From contig NC_069003.1 in the NCBI RefSeq assembly GCF_001194135.2, positions 32,438,105-32,502,104 of the forward strand: DNA of 64,000 bases, given 5' to 3'. Origin of the DNA: Octopus bimaculoides (lineage: Eukaryota). The position numbers and the translations under genes were made by a program. The notes beneath the pieces are model-generated. The model saw only the letters and a list, made by a program, of their open reading frames with translations, did not search any database and was not told the origin of the DNA. Below, piece by piece: positions 1 through 12,525 of this stretch; position 1 is the first letter of the stretch; each line of letters starts with the position of its first letter.

Positions 1-545
1 TATATATATATGTAGGTATATTTATATGTACAGATATACTTTTATATGTGTGTGTGTATATGTATACCTATGTGTGTGTGTATACCTCTCTATGTCTGTA
101 TAATGTGTGTATGCATGTGTACATCATCATCTTTATTTTATGTCTGTTCTTCATTCTGGCATGGATGGGTTGTCACAGTCCAAATCATTTCATATTGGGA
201 ACTGCTGCCCTGAAAGTTTGGTGTTCATACATGCTGTTTCGTTTGGTTTCTATGGCTGGATGCCCTACCTATTGTCAACCAATTTCATAAGTGTAGTGTG
301 TGAATTTTGTTGTAGCACCAACATTATGGCAGCATTCACCAACTTAAACAAGGAGACCATCCAGAAGTCATCTGGAAGGCATGGTTAAAGGCAATGGCGA
401 TTTTATTGAATAAATTTACTTGTTAATATTTCAAGATATTTCTATGTAATTTTGGTAAATATATCTGTTAAAATGAGATGTCAGTGTTATTTTATTTTCA
501 TTTTTGTGTAATTTAGATAACAGTTTATTCATTGCACCCTGTGTA

Positions 546-598
<53 letters not shown>

Positions 599-838
599 GT
601 GTTTGTGTGTGTGTGTGTGTGTGTGTCNNNNNNNNNNNNNNNNNNNNNNNNNNNNNNNNNNNNNNNNNNNNNNNNNNNNNNNNNNNNNNNNNNNNNNNNN
701 NNNNNNNNNNNNNNNNNNNNNNNNNNNNNNNNNNNNNNNNNNNNNNNNNNNNNNNNNNNNNNNNNNNNNNNNNNNNNNNNNNNNNNNNNNNNNNNNNNNN
801 NNNNNNNNNNNNNNNNNNNNNNNNNNNNNNNNNNNNNN

Positions 839-896
<58 letters not shown>

Positions 897-1168
897 GTGT
901 TTGTGTGTGTGTGTGTGTGTGTGTCTGTGTCTCTGTGTGTGTGTATGTGTGTGATGTTTTCTTTCAGTATCTGTCAACCAAACCCACTGACAAATCTTTG
1001 GTCTGTCTAGAGCTATAGTAAAAGACACTTGCCCAAGGTGCCATGCAGTGGAACTGAACCTACATACACACACACACACACACGCACGCATGCACGCGCA
1101 CACACNNNNNNNNNNCATGCAGTGGAACTGAACCTACATACACACACACACACACACGCACGCATGCA

Positions 1169-1209
<41 letters not shown>

Positions 1210-1460
1210 TCAATTTGATCAGCTGAAACCAACACTAGCAACTACTGTTAATTTCCTTCAATGAAACTTGTGACATTTCATCATATCACCATCTTCAAAG
1301 AAATGACGTGACTTTCATGCATGTAGGCCATTACTAGTTGCCCACTGCTGGTTTCAACCAAGCAAATTAATACACGATTCTATGGCACTGAGAACTTTCT
1401 CTCTCTTTTGTTTGTGTATTACGACTGTTAAGTCGTGTGTGTGTCTTTTGCTTTTTTTTT

Positions 1461-1822
1461 TTATTACTTGCTTTAGTTATTGTACTGTGGCCATGCTGGA
1501 ACACCACCTTGAAGGGTTTAGTCAAACAAATCAATCCCAGGACCTATTTTCTTTAAAACCTGGTATTTATTGTATAGGTCTCTTTTGTTGAACCACTAAG
1601 TTATGGGTCTGTAAATAAGCCAATATACTCATACACACACACACACACACACACATATCTATATACCAATGGGCTTCTTTCAGTTTCTGTCTGCCAAATT
1701 AACTCACGAGGTTTGATCAGCTTGAGGCTATAGCAGAAAAACACTTGCCCAAGGTGTCATGCTGTGGGACTGAACCCTGGTTCATATAGTTGAGAATCAA
1801 GCTTCTGAACCACACAGCCCCT
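1461..1822 (-). mobile_element. Near full-length tRNA-headed SINE, family A (resembles octopus OR-type CORE-SINE)
   Basis: Reverse-complement match to the family A copy at 25561-25952, covering head, ACCTTGGGCAAGTGT core, internal CA/TA microsatellite and the CAGCATGGCCACAGT...AAGTAA tail. Confidence 0.85.
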
Positions 1823-3059
1823 ACATACATAGCTAAGTAATATTTTTGGAAAAAAATTGAAAGCTATATGCTCCTCCTCTTTGTTTCTCTCTCTCTCTCT
1901 CATTCAATAATTCCACTTACCCCAGCGCTAATAGATTACATGCATGCACACATGCACGCACTCACACACATGCACGCACTCACACACATAAATGCAACAT
2001 GGGTTTATTATTGGTGTATGCCGATGATGTTGATTTTAGAAGCAATTCCAAAGTGAGAGCTGAGTCTCAATCCGGTTGTTACTTGTTTGATCTTCTAAAT
2101 CATTTAAACTGACACTCCAATAATCTCTTTGTCCCAAGTGATGTGAAGTTTGGATGTAATTTATTTTTAAAATTCCCATGTAAACTTCACCAATCTTAAT
2201 CTACGTGGCCATTCAACTTGACCCGCTAGACATATTGTCTCAGTTTACCTGAAATCACACCAACCTAATATCTTACGTACGAAACAATAGATTATTTTGT
2301 TCTATCATAAATATGCTTCATCTCAAAATCTTCAAAACAGTCAATGGTTATAACTGGACTATAGTGCCTTCTTGATCAGTACTGACCTGGGGTTAAAAAA
2401 AGAACCAAGATAAATGATAGATTAGTTAATGTAGTCTTTTGTATTCAGCCATGCCTGCATCCATTGACATTTGAATATTTTCAAATATGAAATTTTTAAC
2501 AGAGGAAGTCTTGGATTTGTTGATAGTTTTCATATCTTAAGTTAACACTTCTGCTTCTTGAAGAAGTTTTTTTTAACTTGTATTGCTTTTGTGATATATT
2601 TGCTTCTGTTGTCGCTTCTATTTTATAATATTTTTGCTTCTATCGTCTCGTCTGTGATCATGTCCGTCATGCCGTCTCCGTGGAAACTTAAAAGACTATA
2701 AGTGATTGACCTTTTTGGGAGTAAATTTCCAACAAAATACTGTATTTTCCAACAAGTCAAATTTTCCAGACCAAAATTTTCAGCCAAAAATAGTTGGTCA
2801 ATTTATACACCAAGACAACAAATGTTTACACTATATACTACACTGACTGGTATGTCATAAAATATGATATGTATGCATGAGCTAATGAAGGAAACGTCTA
2901 CATGGTCACTAGACCTGTTAGAAATAGCAGCTAAATTTCTTGCATATCCTCCTCCTCCTCCTCATCATCATCATCATCATTTAACATCTTTCTTGATGAT
3001 GATGATGGTGGTAGAAATGATGATATGCCAGAAAATACAGTATGTACATATATAAGACA

Positions 3060-3283
3060 GAAGGGTGCAATTTGGAAGAAATTTACAAGTTAAATTTTCC
3101 AGACTAAATTTTACAACCAGAATGCATTGGTTGACTTATAACGCTAAGACACTTTGGTAAGACCAAAAAAATTCCATTTGAAATGCAGCAGAATTTGGAA
3201 AGATAGTGACAATGTTTGAATGTTTATACTACATGTTTACACTATATAGCTATGTCGACTTGTGTGCTGGAAAATATGGTATA
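3060..3283. mobile_element. Partial pogo/Tc2-like MITE
   Basis: Ends GTCGACTTGTGTGCTGGAAAATATGGTA and shares internal sequence with copies at 20660-20849 and 46423-46621; another fragment lies at ~2738-2850. Confidence 0.65.
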
Positions 3284-5044
3284 TAATTCTAAACTTCAAT
3301 TTACTGTGAAAATAACGAAGAATTTGTAGGGATTTAATAAACAAAGCTTCAAGCATGTGAATGTATTTATCTCACTAAAATCAAGATAAAAAAATGAGGT
3401 CTCCCCATCACCACTACCACTTTTTATTATGAAATACAATATGTAATAAAGCTTTGTTTTTGATTGTGTTTTATTATATATCAATTCATTCTATATAAAA
3501 CATTTCATAATGATATTATATATTTATTTATTTTACATAAAATGAAATATAAAAAGCTAATATAGGGGATTACAGTAGATTATCTACATACAACACTGCA
3601 TATTATACATAATATTATGAGTTTTCTTTTTCAAGAATCTAGGTCCAAAAATTGAGATGTATTTAGCATATATTAGCATATTGTACATAGTGTTTTATAG
3701 TAACTAACTCATTCCATTTATTAGCCGTTGTTGTTGATCTTTAATCAAAATTCAGCTCTGATTTAGCTGACATATTAAAAGTGACCCAGTTGTGACCATT
3801 CAGTTATTTTGTTTTTAATATAGCCTTAGCTTTGTTTTGGGGGAGATTTGACTGTTATTTGTAGCAGATCAAGAGGCTCCACAGAGACTAAATCGTCAGC
3901 TCATTCATTCATTTCTACATTTAGCTTGTATTCTTATATTAAAAGCATACGATAGAAGATTTAAATTTAAAAGTAAACATTTAAAAGAGGGAAGTTTTGT
4001 ATAAAAGAACCTGAAGTGGAGAAAGATGGTTGGATATTAAAATTATTAACAGTAAGCATTTTATTCAGCAGAAATGGAATGCATATAGACTTGTCTCTTT
4101 CATAATTGGCTACACTTAACACAAGTGAGAGGTCATAGTGACCTTCAGCTACTAGATGACACAGCAGGTAATTTTGTTGGTACTAAATCTTTTCAAAAAT
4201 ACCAGCCTTACATGATAAAGAAAATGGAATAAACTGATTTCAGTTTAAGACGGTGCAATCTCTTATGGTATTGTCAAACTAATGTGCTTGATATCTTGTG
4301 AATAAAAATGTAAAGTCTTAAATTGTAAAGTAAACAGACGTATAAAAAATTTTTTTTTTTTTTAATGTGATTGGTTTAATTTCATTTTACAGGTCATCAA
4401 GCAGAGGTTATGCGCACGTGTGGATACACGCACACACACACATATATATATATATATATAGCAGCATAGTTAGATAGATACATGCACACACATACACAAA
4501 CATGTGAATATGTGTGTGTATACTCATATGTATGTGTATATACGTGTATGTATATATGTGTGTGTGTGTATATGTATATATGTGTGTGTATATAAAGTCA
4601 TAAATGACAAATATTTTGATGAACTTTTATTTAACAGTAAAAAAAAATCCTAAGTTCATCAAAATATTTCTTTGTCATTTATCACTTTATACACTCCTAA
4701 TCCTTTTCTTTTGTATATTACTACATTTTCTACATGGCCTGTACAATGCTACATTAAGGAGCTTTTTTCAAGAGTACTACCGGATTACTTGAATCTATAT
4801 ATTGTGACTTAAATACATATACATTTATTTCTACACAATCAGCTCTTTCAATAATGGCATGTCAGTTTTGGGAAAATTGTTGGTTCTTGAGGTTATCTCT
4901 TCTTTTCATTTGAACTTGGTACTGATTCTCACCAAGCAATTGATCTACTCTCTCTGGAAGCAAAGACTATTTCAATAATTAGAGAATTTATCTTTTATGT
5001 TATTTGATATACCATCATATATAATCTTTTATGTATGTATCTTT

Positions 5045-5325
5045 TATCTTTTACTTGTTTCACTCATTGGACAATGGCCATGCTGGGGCACTGCCTTGAT
5101 GTATATCTTTTATCTTGCGTGTTTCAGTCATTGGACTGCGCCCATGCTGGAGCACTGCCTTGAAGAATTTTTAGTTGAATGAATCAGCCCCAGTACTTTT
5201 CCTTTATAAAACCTGGTACCTCTGTCAGTCTCTTTTGCCAAACCACTAAGTTATGGGGTACATAACGAACCAACACCAGTTGTAAAGCAGTGGTGGGATC
5301 TTGCATACACACACCTGCACACACA
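5045..5325 (-). mobile_element. 3' half of SINE family A with a tandemly duplicated tail
   Basis: Tail motif TTTTATCTT..TGTTTCA.TCATTGGAC..GGCCATGCTGG.GCACTGCCTTGA occurs twice (5045-5100, 5108-5165), then family body. Confidence 0.8.
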
Positions 5326-5327
5326 TA

Positions 5328-5560
5328 CAGGGTTGGCCAAAAGTCACCTGACAGTAAATCAAAACCATTTAATACCAAGGTTTATTTATGTTTAACAACG
5401 GAATGAATTTAATGAAAACATCTAAATATGAAACACTATGAAAATTGTTCAAACTGAAGCCCTTCTTGAGCGACACATTTTTCCAGATGAATAAATAAAA
5501 TTGAATATTAAGTATTTATGGAATTTTGAATTACTGTCGGGTGACCTTTGGCCAACCCTG
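5328..5560. mobile_element. Tc1/mariner-type MITE, 233 bp
   Basis: 30-bp TIRs (CAGGGTTGGCCAAAAGTCACCTGACAGTAA and its inverse, 2 mismatches) flanked by TA on both sides. Confidence 0.9.
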
Positions 5561-5827
5561 TATATGTATATGTTTATATATATCCAACAAGCTTCTTTCA
5601 GTTTCCATATATATNNNNNNNNNNNNNNNNNNNNNNNNATATATATATATATATATATATATACTCTTTTTACTCTTTTACTTGTTTCAGTCATTTGACT
5701 GCGGCCATGCTGGAGCACCGCCTTGTACTCTGATGACTGTGTTTTTGGGGGCATGCTTACTTTCACAGAAGATATCAGCTACTTTTGGGGGAACTCTCCA
5801 AATATTTGACATAATTCTTTTTTTTAC

Positions 5828-5885
5828 CTTGGGTACACTTGCTGCTAATTGCTCCTCTACATCTGCCACATGAAATTTTCCTTCT
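5828..5885 (-). CDS. Weak candidate internal exon (EGKFHVADVEEQLAASVPK), phase 2 to 0
   Basis: Minus-strand acceptor ...caagctgtcag, donor CCCAAG|gtaaaa, open frame; no homology recognised. Confidence 0.25.
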
Positions 5886-6897
5886 CTGACAGCTTGCCAT
5901 AGAGATACGAAATAATCTCAGTTGTAAAATCTCCACTTAGAAGACCATTTTAATACCCCTCCTCAAAACTGAATAAAGAAATCCACAGAATAAACCACAA
6001 GCACTCATCATCAATGGTTATTCTAACAAACTAATAGACTTAGCTTTAGAACAATAACAATAACAAACACAAACACAATGCAATAAACGCAGCAGACATC
6101 AGACCTCTTAAAAATGCACAAACCACATATAAATTGAATTATACGAATCAAATACATACTAATTATAGAACAGATAAACACATTATCAAAGACCTCACAA
6201 AACACATAACATCAAACCACATTCATATACTACAAAATACACAAAAATTAAAAACTTTCTTATTAATTACAAACTGCAGCTATGCAAACCCATGATCAAG
6301 CTATAATGACCAATGTGATTAATAAATTCAATTGAAAACATGAAAGTTATATACTTTATGGCTTCAGCAATGATATATTGGTCGTACAATTACAACCTTC
6401 ACTTGTTGATTCCCCATGCATGCACAACAAGCAGGAATTGCAAGGCACTATACCGCTCAACACAAAACAAGCTAGGAACACATGAGTAGACAACACTTGT
6501 ATACTCTACAGAATTCCCCACCAAAATAGACAATTAATGATGAAAGCAATACTTATTTCACAACAGAGTTCCATAATAAAACATAGAAAACATACACTAG
6601 TCACAAACAAAAATAAACACCTGACTAATAATGATGTATAAATGTAATGGTCAAGATTAAAATTCCAACAGTAACATCTACATCAATTACATTAGCTCAG
6701 TCTACTATACAGTTACATACACCAGTATTACTTCATCCAGAAGAGGGAACTCTTGTGTTCCCTACACACTGCCAGGTACTCAGAATATAATCTAATAGAA
6801 ATATTAATATAAAAGATAGAAACTAGAGCAGACATAGTTTCAATACAGTACTTCTAAAAGAAAAGCTATTTTCGATATGTATGAATACACGCACACA

Positions 6898-6928
<31 letters not shown>

Positions 6929-7715
6929 TTTTCTCTCATTCTGATACCTGTGTGTTTGTGTGTGCATTATATATATGCAGGTGTGGCTGTGTGATTAACA
7001 AGCTTGCTTCCTAACCATGTGGTCTCTGGTTCAGTCCCACTACGTGGCACCTTGGGCAAGTGTCTTTTACATGCTGGCCTTGCAGGGTGCATCTACTGGT
7101 TGCATCATGGTGTGACGTCATGTGTTGCCAGATACTGAAACATATGTAACATTTAAAATAAAAGAGTATCAAGTCAGTACCGATCTTCTTTTCTCTTATA
7201 TAATATAGATGTGTGTGTGTGTGTTGAAACTGTTCACCTCTGTTATTATATATGCTGCATTGATTGTGTCACTCACACTTGATGTGTAACCCACCCACTG
7301 GTTGGATGGAACACCAACCATTACTGTGTCTTTATATTGTATTGCATGTCTTGACAATCTACTCCAATGTCTGCTTTGTGCCAACAATAACTAAATTTTA
7401 TGAGACACTTGGTTTGTTTCCATTTATCTTTTTATATTTCTTCAATATACCTGTCTCCAACAGTGTCTCTCTCTATGTGGAAGGAAACATTGGAGTGTCT
7501 ATACTGCTGCAAGCATAATGCTAAAGAGTTTATTTTTTTACTTATTTATTTATGTATTTACTTATATATTTATATTTTTTATTTACTTATTCTATTTATT
7601 ATATTTTCATTTTTTTTTTTTCTTATTTGATTTCATATAACGGTTGTTGAACAATAGTCTTTGTCGTTTGGCTATAAGATTCCAACCAGCCAGTCACCAG
7701 TTGTTCAGATTTCAC

Positions 7716-7752
<37 letters not shown>

Positions 7753-8923
7753 GATCTGTACCTCAGTGCAGAACAAATATTACAAGGAACCTCATTTTGA
7801 AAAACGTTTCAACCCTCCCTTTGTTTTGCTGATATTTATTACACACTTCACCGATGCATTGACAAAAACATACATAGAAACACATGCACGTGCACACACA
7901 CACACACACACACACATACATACACACACACACACACATACACACACACATACACACACACACACATACACGCAGAACCTAAAATAAAGATCAGATCTCA
8001 CTTGAGTACTCAAGCTAAACATTTGTCAATTGCCAAGCAGTTGCGTTTCTTATTACACCAAGTGAACAGTCTTAGCTATTGGAAAAACACTTATAACTAT
8101 CTTTTACTGGATAAGCTAACAACATTGTCTCTTTTCCTGTCACATGAGAATCGCTTACACTTCAGCAACCAGTGTGTGTAATGGGATTCTGCAGTTTCTA
8201 TCTGCCGTCTTTCATTCACAAAGCACTGGCCTACTCATACCTTTGATAAAAGACATTTGCTCTGGATGCTGTGCAATATGATTGAACCTAGACTCATGCG
8301 GCTACATTTAAAAAAAATCTTTTATTTGTTCTCTTTCTTGTTTCAGTCATTGAACTGCAGCCATGCTGGAGCACCACCTTGAAGTGTTTAGTCTGTGGTT
8401 CTTGACCATTTTTGCCTATGGCCTCAATTGATTCCTGTTTTATTCTTCTGGACACTCATAGCCATTTGATGTTTAAAGAAACCCCATTATTATATTTTTA
8501 TAACTGAATATTATTAGGAATTGTATAAAAAAATTGTTGACATATTTTGTATATTGTAGAATTATAACCAATTTTATTGCTTATGAATTTTAACAACAAA
8601 ATAAATACTGGGGGTCATTTTCATTCAGCTGAACCCCTTTGTGGTGGTTTCCCAGCATGGTTGCAGTCCAATGACTGAAACAAGCAAAAGGTAAAAAATA
8701 AATAAGATGGTAAAGCTGTGATTTGCGAGAGATCTGACTGTTATTTCTAGCAAGTTCAACAACTGTAGATGTTCCCTCACTAGTTGGTGAATTCTGTGGC
8801 AGACAGAGCAGAGACAACCAAGTCAAGCTTACTCCTATCACAAGAGTTACTTCTCCTCTGCACTTAATGTTGGTGGTGAGAGGAGTAAATCTTCAGTTTT
8901 TTCCTTGTTTCAGTCATTTTTCT

Positions 8924-8982
<59 letters not shown>

Positions 8983-10639
8983 CATCCTTCTTTCGGTTTC
9001 CATCTGCCAAATCCAAAGGTTTTTGTTGACCCAGGGCTATAGTAGAAAACACCTGTCCAAGGTGCTGTGCTGTGGAACTGAACCCAGAACTATGTAGTTG
9101 AAAAGCAAACTTCTTATATAGCTGTGCCTGCACCTAAATAAAGAGTTTTATTTCATTAATATTTTATCGGAAGACTTTAGTGATATATATGAATTGAAAT
9201 AGCTACCTCTGGGAATAGGAAACTAAGTCACGGCCTAGGCTGGTATGTAATCTGAAACTGCCAATTAATTCCTTAATTATCGCAATTAGAATTATCAAAA
9301 TGTAAAATGATGTTTAAGATTTCCTTCCAATGATATACATTTAATTAAACTAATAAGGGAAAAAAAAAAATCTAGTGCCAACTTTGAAATTATTATTGGT
9401 TATATATCCTGCAAGAAATATCAGTCAAACACCCTACTTTCAGCAGTATCTATTTCATTAACAAGAAAGAAAGAAAGAAAGGAAGTAAGGAAGGAAACAA
9501 AACAAAACAATCATGGGCTGACACTAAATTGTCCATAGGAATAACTCAACCTGCTGGAAATAGCTGCAAAATTTCATGCCTTACAATCTTAATAAGAAAT
9601 GCCATGACACATCAGATGATAGTGTAGTTCTAGATTTGCTATGTTTGAAGAAAATGTAGATGAGGTTGTGTCTTAAGAAGTTTTCTTCCCAACCACATGT
9701 TTCCAGGTTCAGTCCTACTGCATGGCACCTTGTATCTTCTTTTATAGTTTTGGGCCAACTAAAGCTTTGTGAGATGGTAAGGAAGGCAAAGTGAAAGAGT
9801 AGGAAGAATAATTCTTGGGTGGCTGCAGCAGGAAGCGGTACATCAACTTCATGAGTCACCTTCTACTGGAGGCTTGGTCCAAATGCTTGCAACAAAAAGG
9901 ACTCTGATAAAGGCAACGAAGGGGTCAAGAGCTAGAATAGATCTCTTGTACAAAAACAGTTTTGGTCTAATGAACTTCTATCTGTGCAGTTTCAACCCAA
10001 AGCCATAGTATAAGATTCATGTTCAAAGTGCCTTGCAAAAGGATTGAACCTGAAACCATAGTATTACAAAGCAAACATTTCAATTACACCTCCATGCCTA
10101 TGCCCAGTTGGTCAAGTGACACTGCAGAAGGCCCATTATGAGTGGAGAGATACAGGAAAAGCTTTAAGCTATGAGACTAATTAGCTCCAGCTGTATTCCA
10201 TGTGAATTTCCACCCAAACCTAAAAACACAATTTAAATGATAATAACTGAGTAGTTAAAAAATTCTCACACATTCAAGTTTGAAAGAAAAAAGTGATTGT
10301 AAAATAGTGGAAAATGAAAATTCATTCATAAAAATTCTCTCTTTTCTCAATAGACTAGAATTCCTATTCATTATATAAAAATATGTAAATCAGATGGAAT
10401 AATTTTGTTGCAAACAAGTATTTAAATATCCTAACAACATGGCTTTATTGTCAAGAGGTTTTCTTCGCAATCATATGGTTCCAGATATAATCCGACTGCA
10501 CAGCACCACTTTGAGCAAAATGTCTTTTGTGAAACCCATTCATTAGCCTAATCCTTGTAAGAGGAATATGCTTAGATAGAAACTGTGCCAAAGCACAGTT
10601 GTGCACAAATACATACACACATACAGATGTGTGTATGTG

Positions 10640-10856
10640 CAAGGGGGTGCTGAAAAGTTCCTGGCTTAAAAGAGTATCACGAAAGGCTCGATTGGAGACC
10701 CAACCTTCTGAGTTTTTTTTACAGGGCTTAGAAAAACTGAAGGGCCATTGCAATAAATGTGTGAATCTGAGAGAGGAATATGTTGAATAAAATCATAGTT
10801 AACTAATTCTCCTGTATTTTCTAATATCTAAAGCCAGGAACCTTTCAGCACCCTCT
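10640..10856 (+). mobile_element. Mariner-derived MITE retaining the transposase C-terminus
   Basis: TIRs GGGGGTGCTGAAAAGTTCCTGGCTT / AAGCCAGGAACCTTTCAGCACCCTC; internal frame FFLQGLEKLKGHCNKCVNLREEYVE* fits the mariner C-terminal pattern FFxxGIxKLxxRWxKCxxxxGxYVE*. Confidence 0.85.
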
Positions 10857-11048
10857 TACAAATGGGTGCACTAGGTTATACTCTTTCTACCCCCATTTAT
10901 CCCACTTACCAAAAACAATTAATAATAGACAAATAGAAAGGTAAAACTTAACTATCCAGTAAATAGTGGTAAATAGAATAAGCACTAGGCTCACCATTTT
11001 CAATTATAATCCTTGAAGAGAGTGACTCAACATGTCCAGTGGTGGATG

Positions 11049-11378
11049 TAGCTTGGCATTGGTTAATTTTTTTTTCAAAGATTTGTGTTGCCTTTTGCAT
11101 TTAAGGACTTTGTATGTATTGATGATATTGTTCATTTTCGGGTCTGTGGTGAGTAAGGGGAGGTTTTGTTTGATTGTGGTGTATGCTTCGATGTTTTTGG
11201 GGTTGTGGGTGGAGATGTATGGAAGTATTTTGGGGTTGGGTGTGTTATTGTGTTGGTTGGTTTTTAGTGTGTTTTTGTCAAGTTCCTTGGCACGTTTTAT
11301 TCCAAGATCTATGAGTGTGGAGGGATATTGGCGTTGTAATAGTGTTTTTTTGAGGTCTTGTAAGCGTATTTCTCGAGT
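11049..11378 (-). mobile_element. Penelope-like element ORF fragment (RT thumb / linker upstream of GIY-YIG)
   Basis: Manual translation gives ~110 stop-free codons, TREIRLQDLKKTLLQRQYPSTLIDLGIKRAKELDK...ILPYISTHNPKN...LLTTDPKMNNII...VLKCKRQHKSLKKKLTNAKL. This fits the PLE pattern L..RGYP..LI..GI.KA...LPF.STYNP...SKRQP.NLK..LT.AK. Confidence 0.8.
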
Positions 11379-11390
11379 ATATATATATGT

Positions 11391-11537
11391 AACAGGCTTC
11401 TTTCAGTTTCCGTCTACCAAATCCACTCACAAGGCTCTGGCTGGCCCAAGGCTATAGTAGATGACGCTTGTCCTAAGTACCACACAGTGGGACTGAACCC
11501 TGAACTATGTGGTTGGGAAGCAAGCTTCTTACCACAT
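11391..11537 (-). mobile_element. 5' half of SINE family A
   Basis: CTTTCAGTTTCCGTCTACCAAATCCACTCACAAGGC...GGGACTGAACCC...CTTACCACA matches family A. Confidence 0.85.
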
Positions 11538-11632
11538 ATTTAATAAATTTGCAATATATATGCACACACTTACACAATGTGTGTATGTGTATATGTATGT
11601 AGGTCTATATATATGTTATATGCATCATATAA

Positions 11633-11675
<43 letters not shown>

Positions 11676-12245
11676 NNNNNNNNNNNNNNNNNNNNNNNNN
11701 NNNNNNNNNNNNNNNNNNNNNNNNNNNNNNNNNNNNNNNNNNNNNNNNNNNNNNNNNNNNNNNNNNNNNNNNNNNNNNNNNNNNNNNNNNNNNNNNNNNN
11801 NNNNNNNNNNNNNNNNNNNNNNNNNNNNNNNNNNNNNNNNNNNNNNNNNNNNNNNNNNNNNNNNNNNNNNNNNNNNNNNNNNNNNNNNNNNNNNNNNNNN
11901 NNNNNNNNNNNNNNNNNNNNNNNNNNNNNNNNNNNNNNNNNNNNNNNNNNNNNNNNNNNNNNNNNNNNNNNNNNNNNNNNNNNNNNNNNNNNNNNNNNNN
12001 NNNNNNNNNNNNNNNNNNNNNNNNNNNNNNNNNNNNNNNNNNNNNNNNNNNNNNNNNNNNNNNNNNNNNNNNNNNNNNNNNNNNNNNNNNNNNNNNNNNN
12101 NNNNNNNNNNNNNNNNNNNNNNNNNNNNNNNNNNNNNNNNNNNNNNNNNNNNNNNNNNNNNNNNNNNNNNNNNNNNNNNNNNNNNNNNNNNNNNNNNNNN
12201 NNNNNNNNNNNNNNNNNNNNNNNNNNNNNNNNNNNNNNNNNNNNN

Positions 12246-12525
12246 AATATCAGTGAAGAATTTCACTGGAAAAGAAGATATAAGGTTTGCCAGGTTTTTG
12301 TCTCTCTCACCAAGGTCACCAGCTGTCGAACGCCGACGAAGGGAAATAACCCTGAAATCCGGATACGTTCGTGCTGCTGACCGAGGTGAGAGGGATAACT
12401 TCCCTTGGCAAACAGGACACAGTCGTGTGTCGATAAGCCAGCTGGAGGAGATGTCCTCCTGGGGCTAAAAGCAACAGTAACATCCACCCCTAGGGGTCAG
12501 CCACACTTAAGTGGCAATATACTAC

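Noticed and set aside
541-1210. Apparent direct repeats either side of gaps (541-627 vs 839-925; 1044-1105 vs 1116-1180)
   Set aside because: Identical sequence flanks both sides of N runs, typical of unmerged contig overlaps
2003-2050. LLLVYADDVDF, an RT-like YADD motif
   Set aside because: No further RT similarity in any adjacent frame; one such 4-aa hit is plausible by chance in 64 kb
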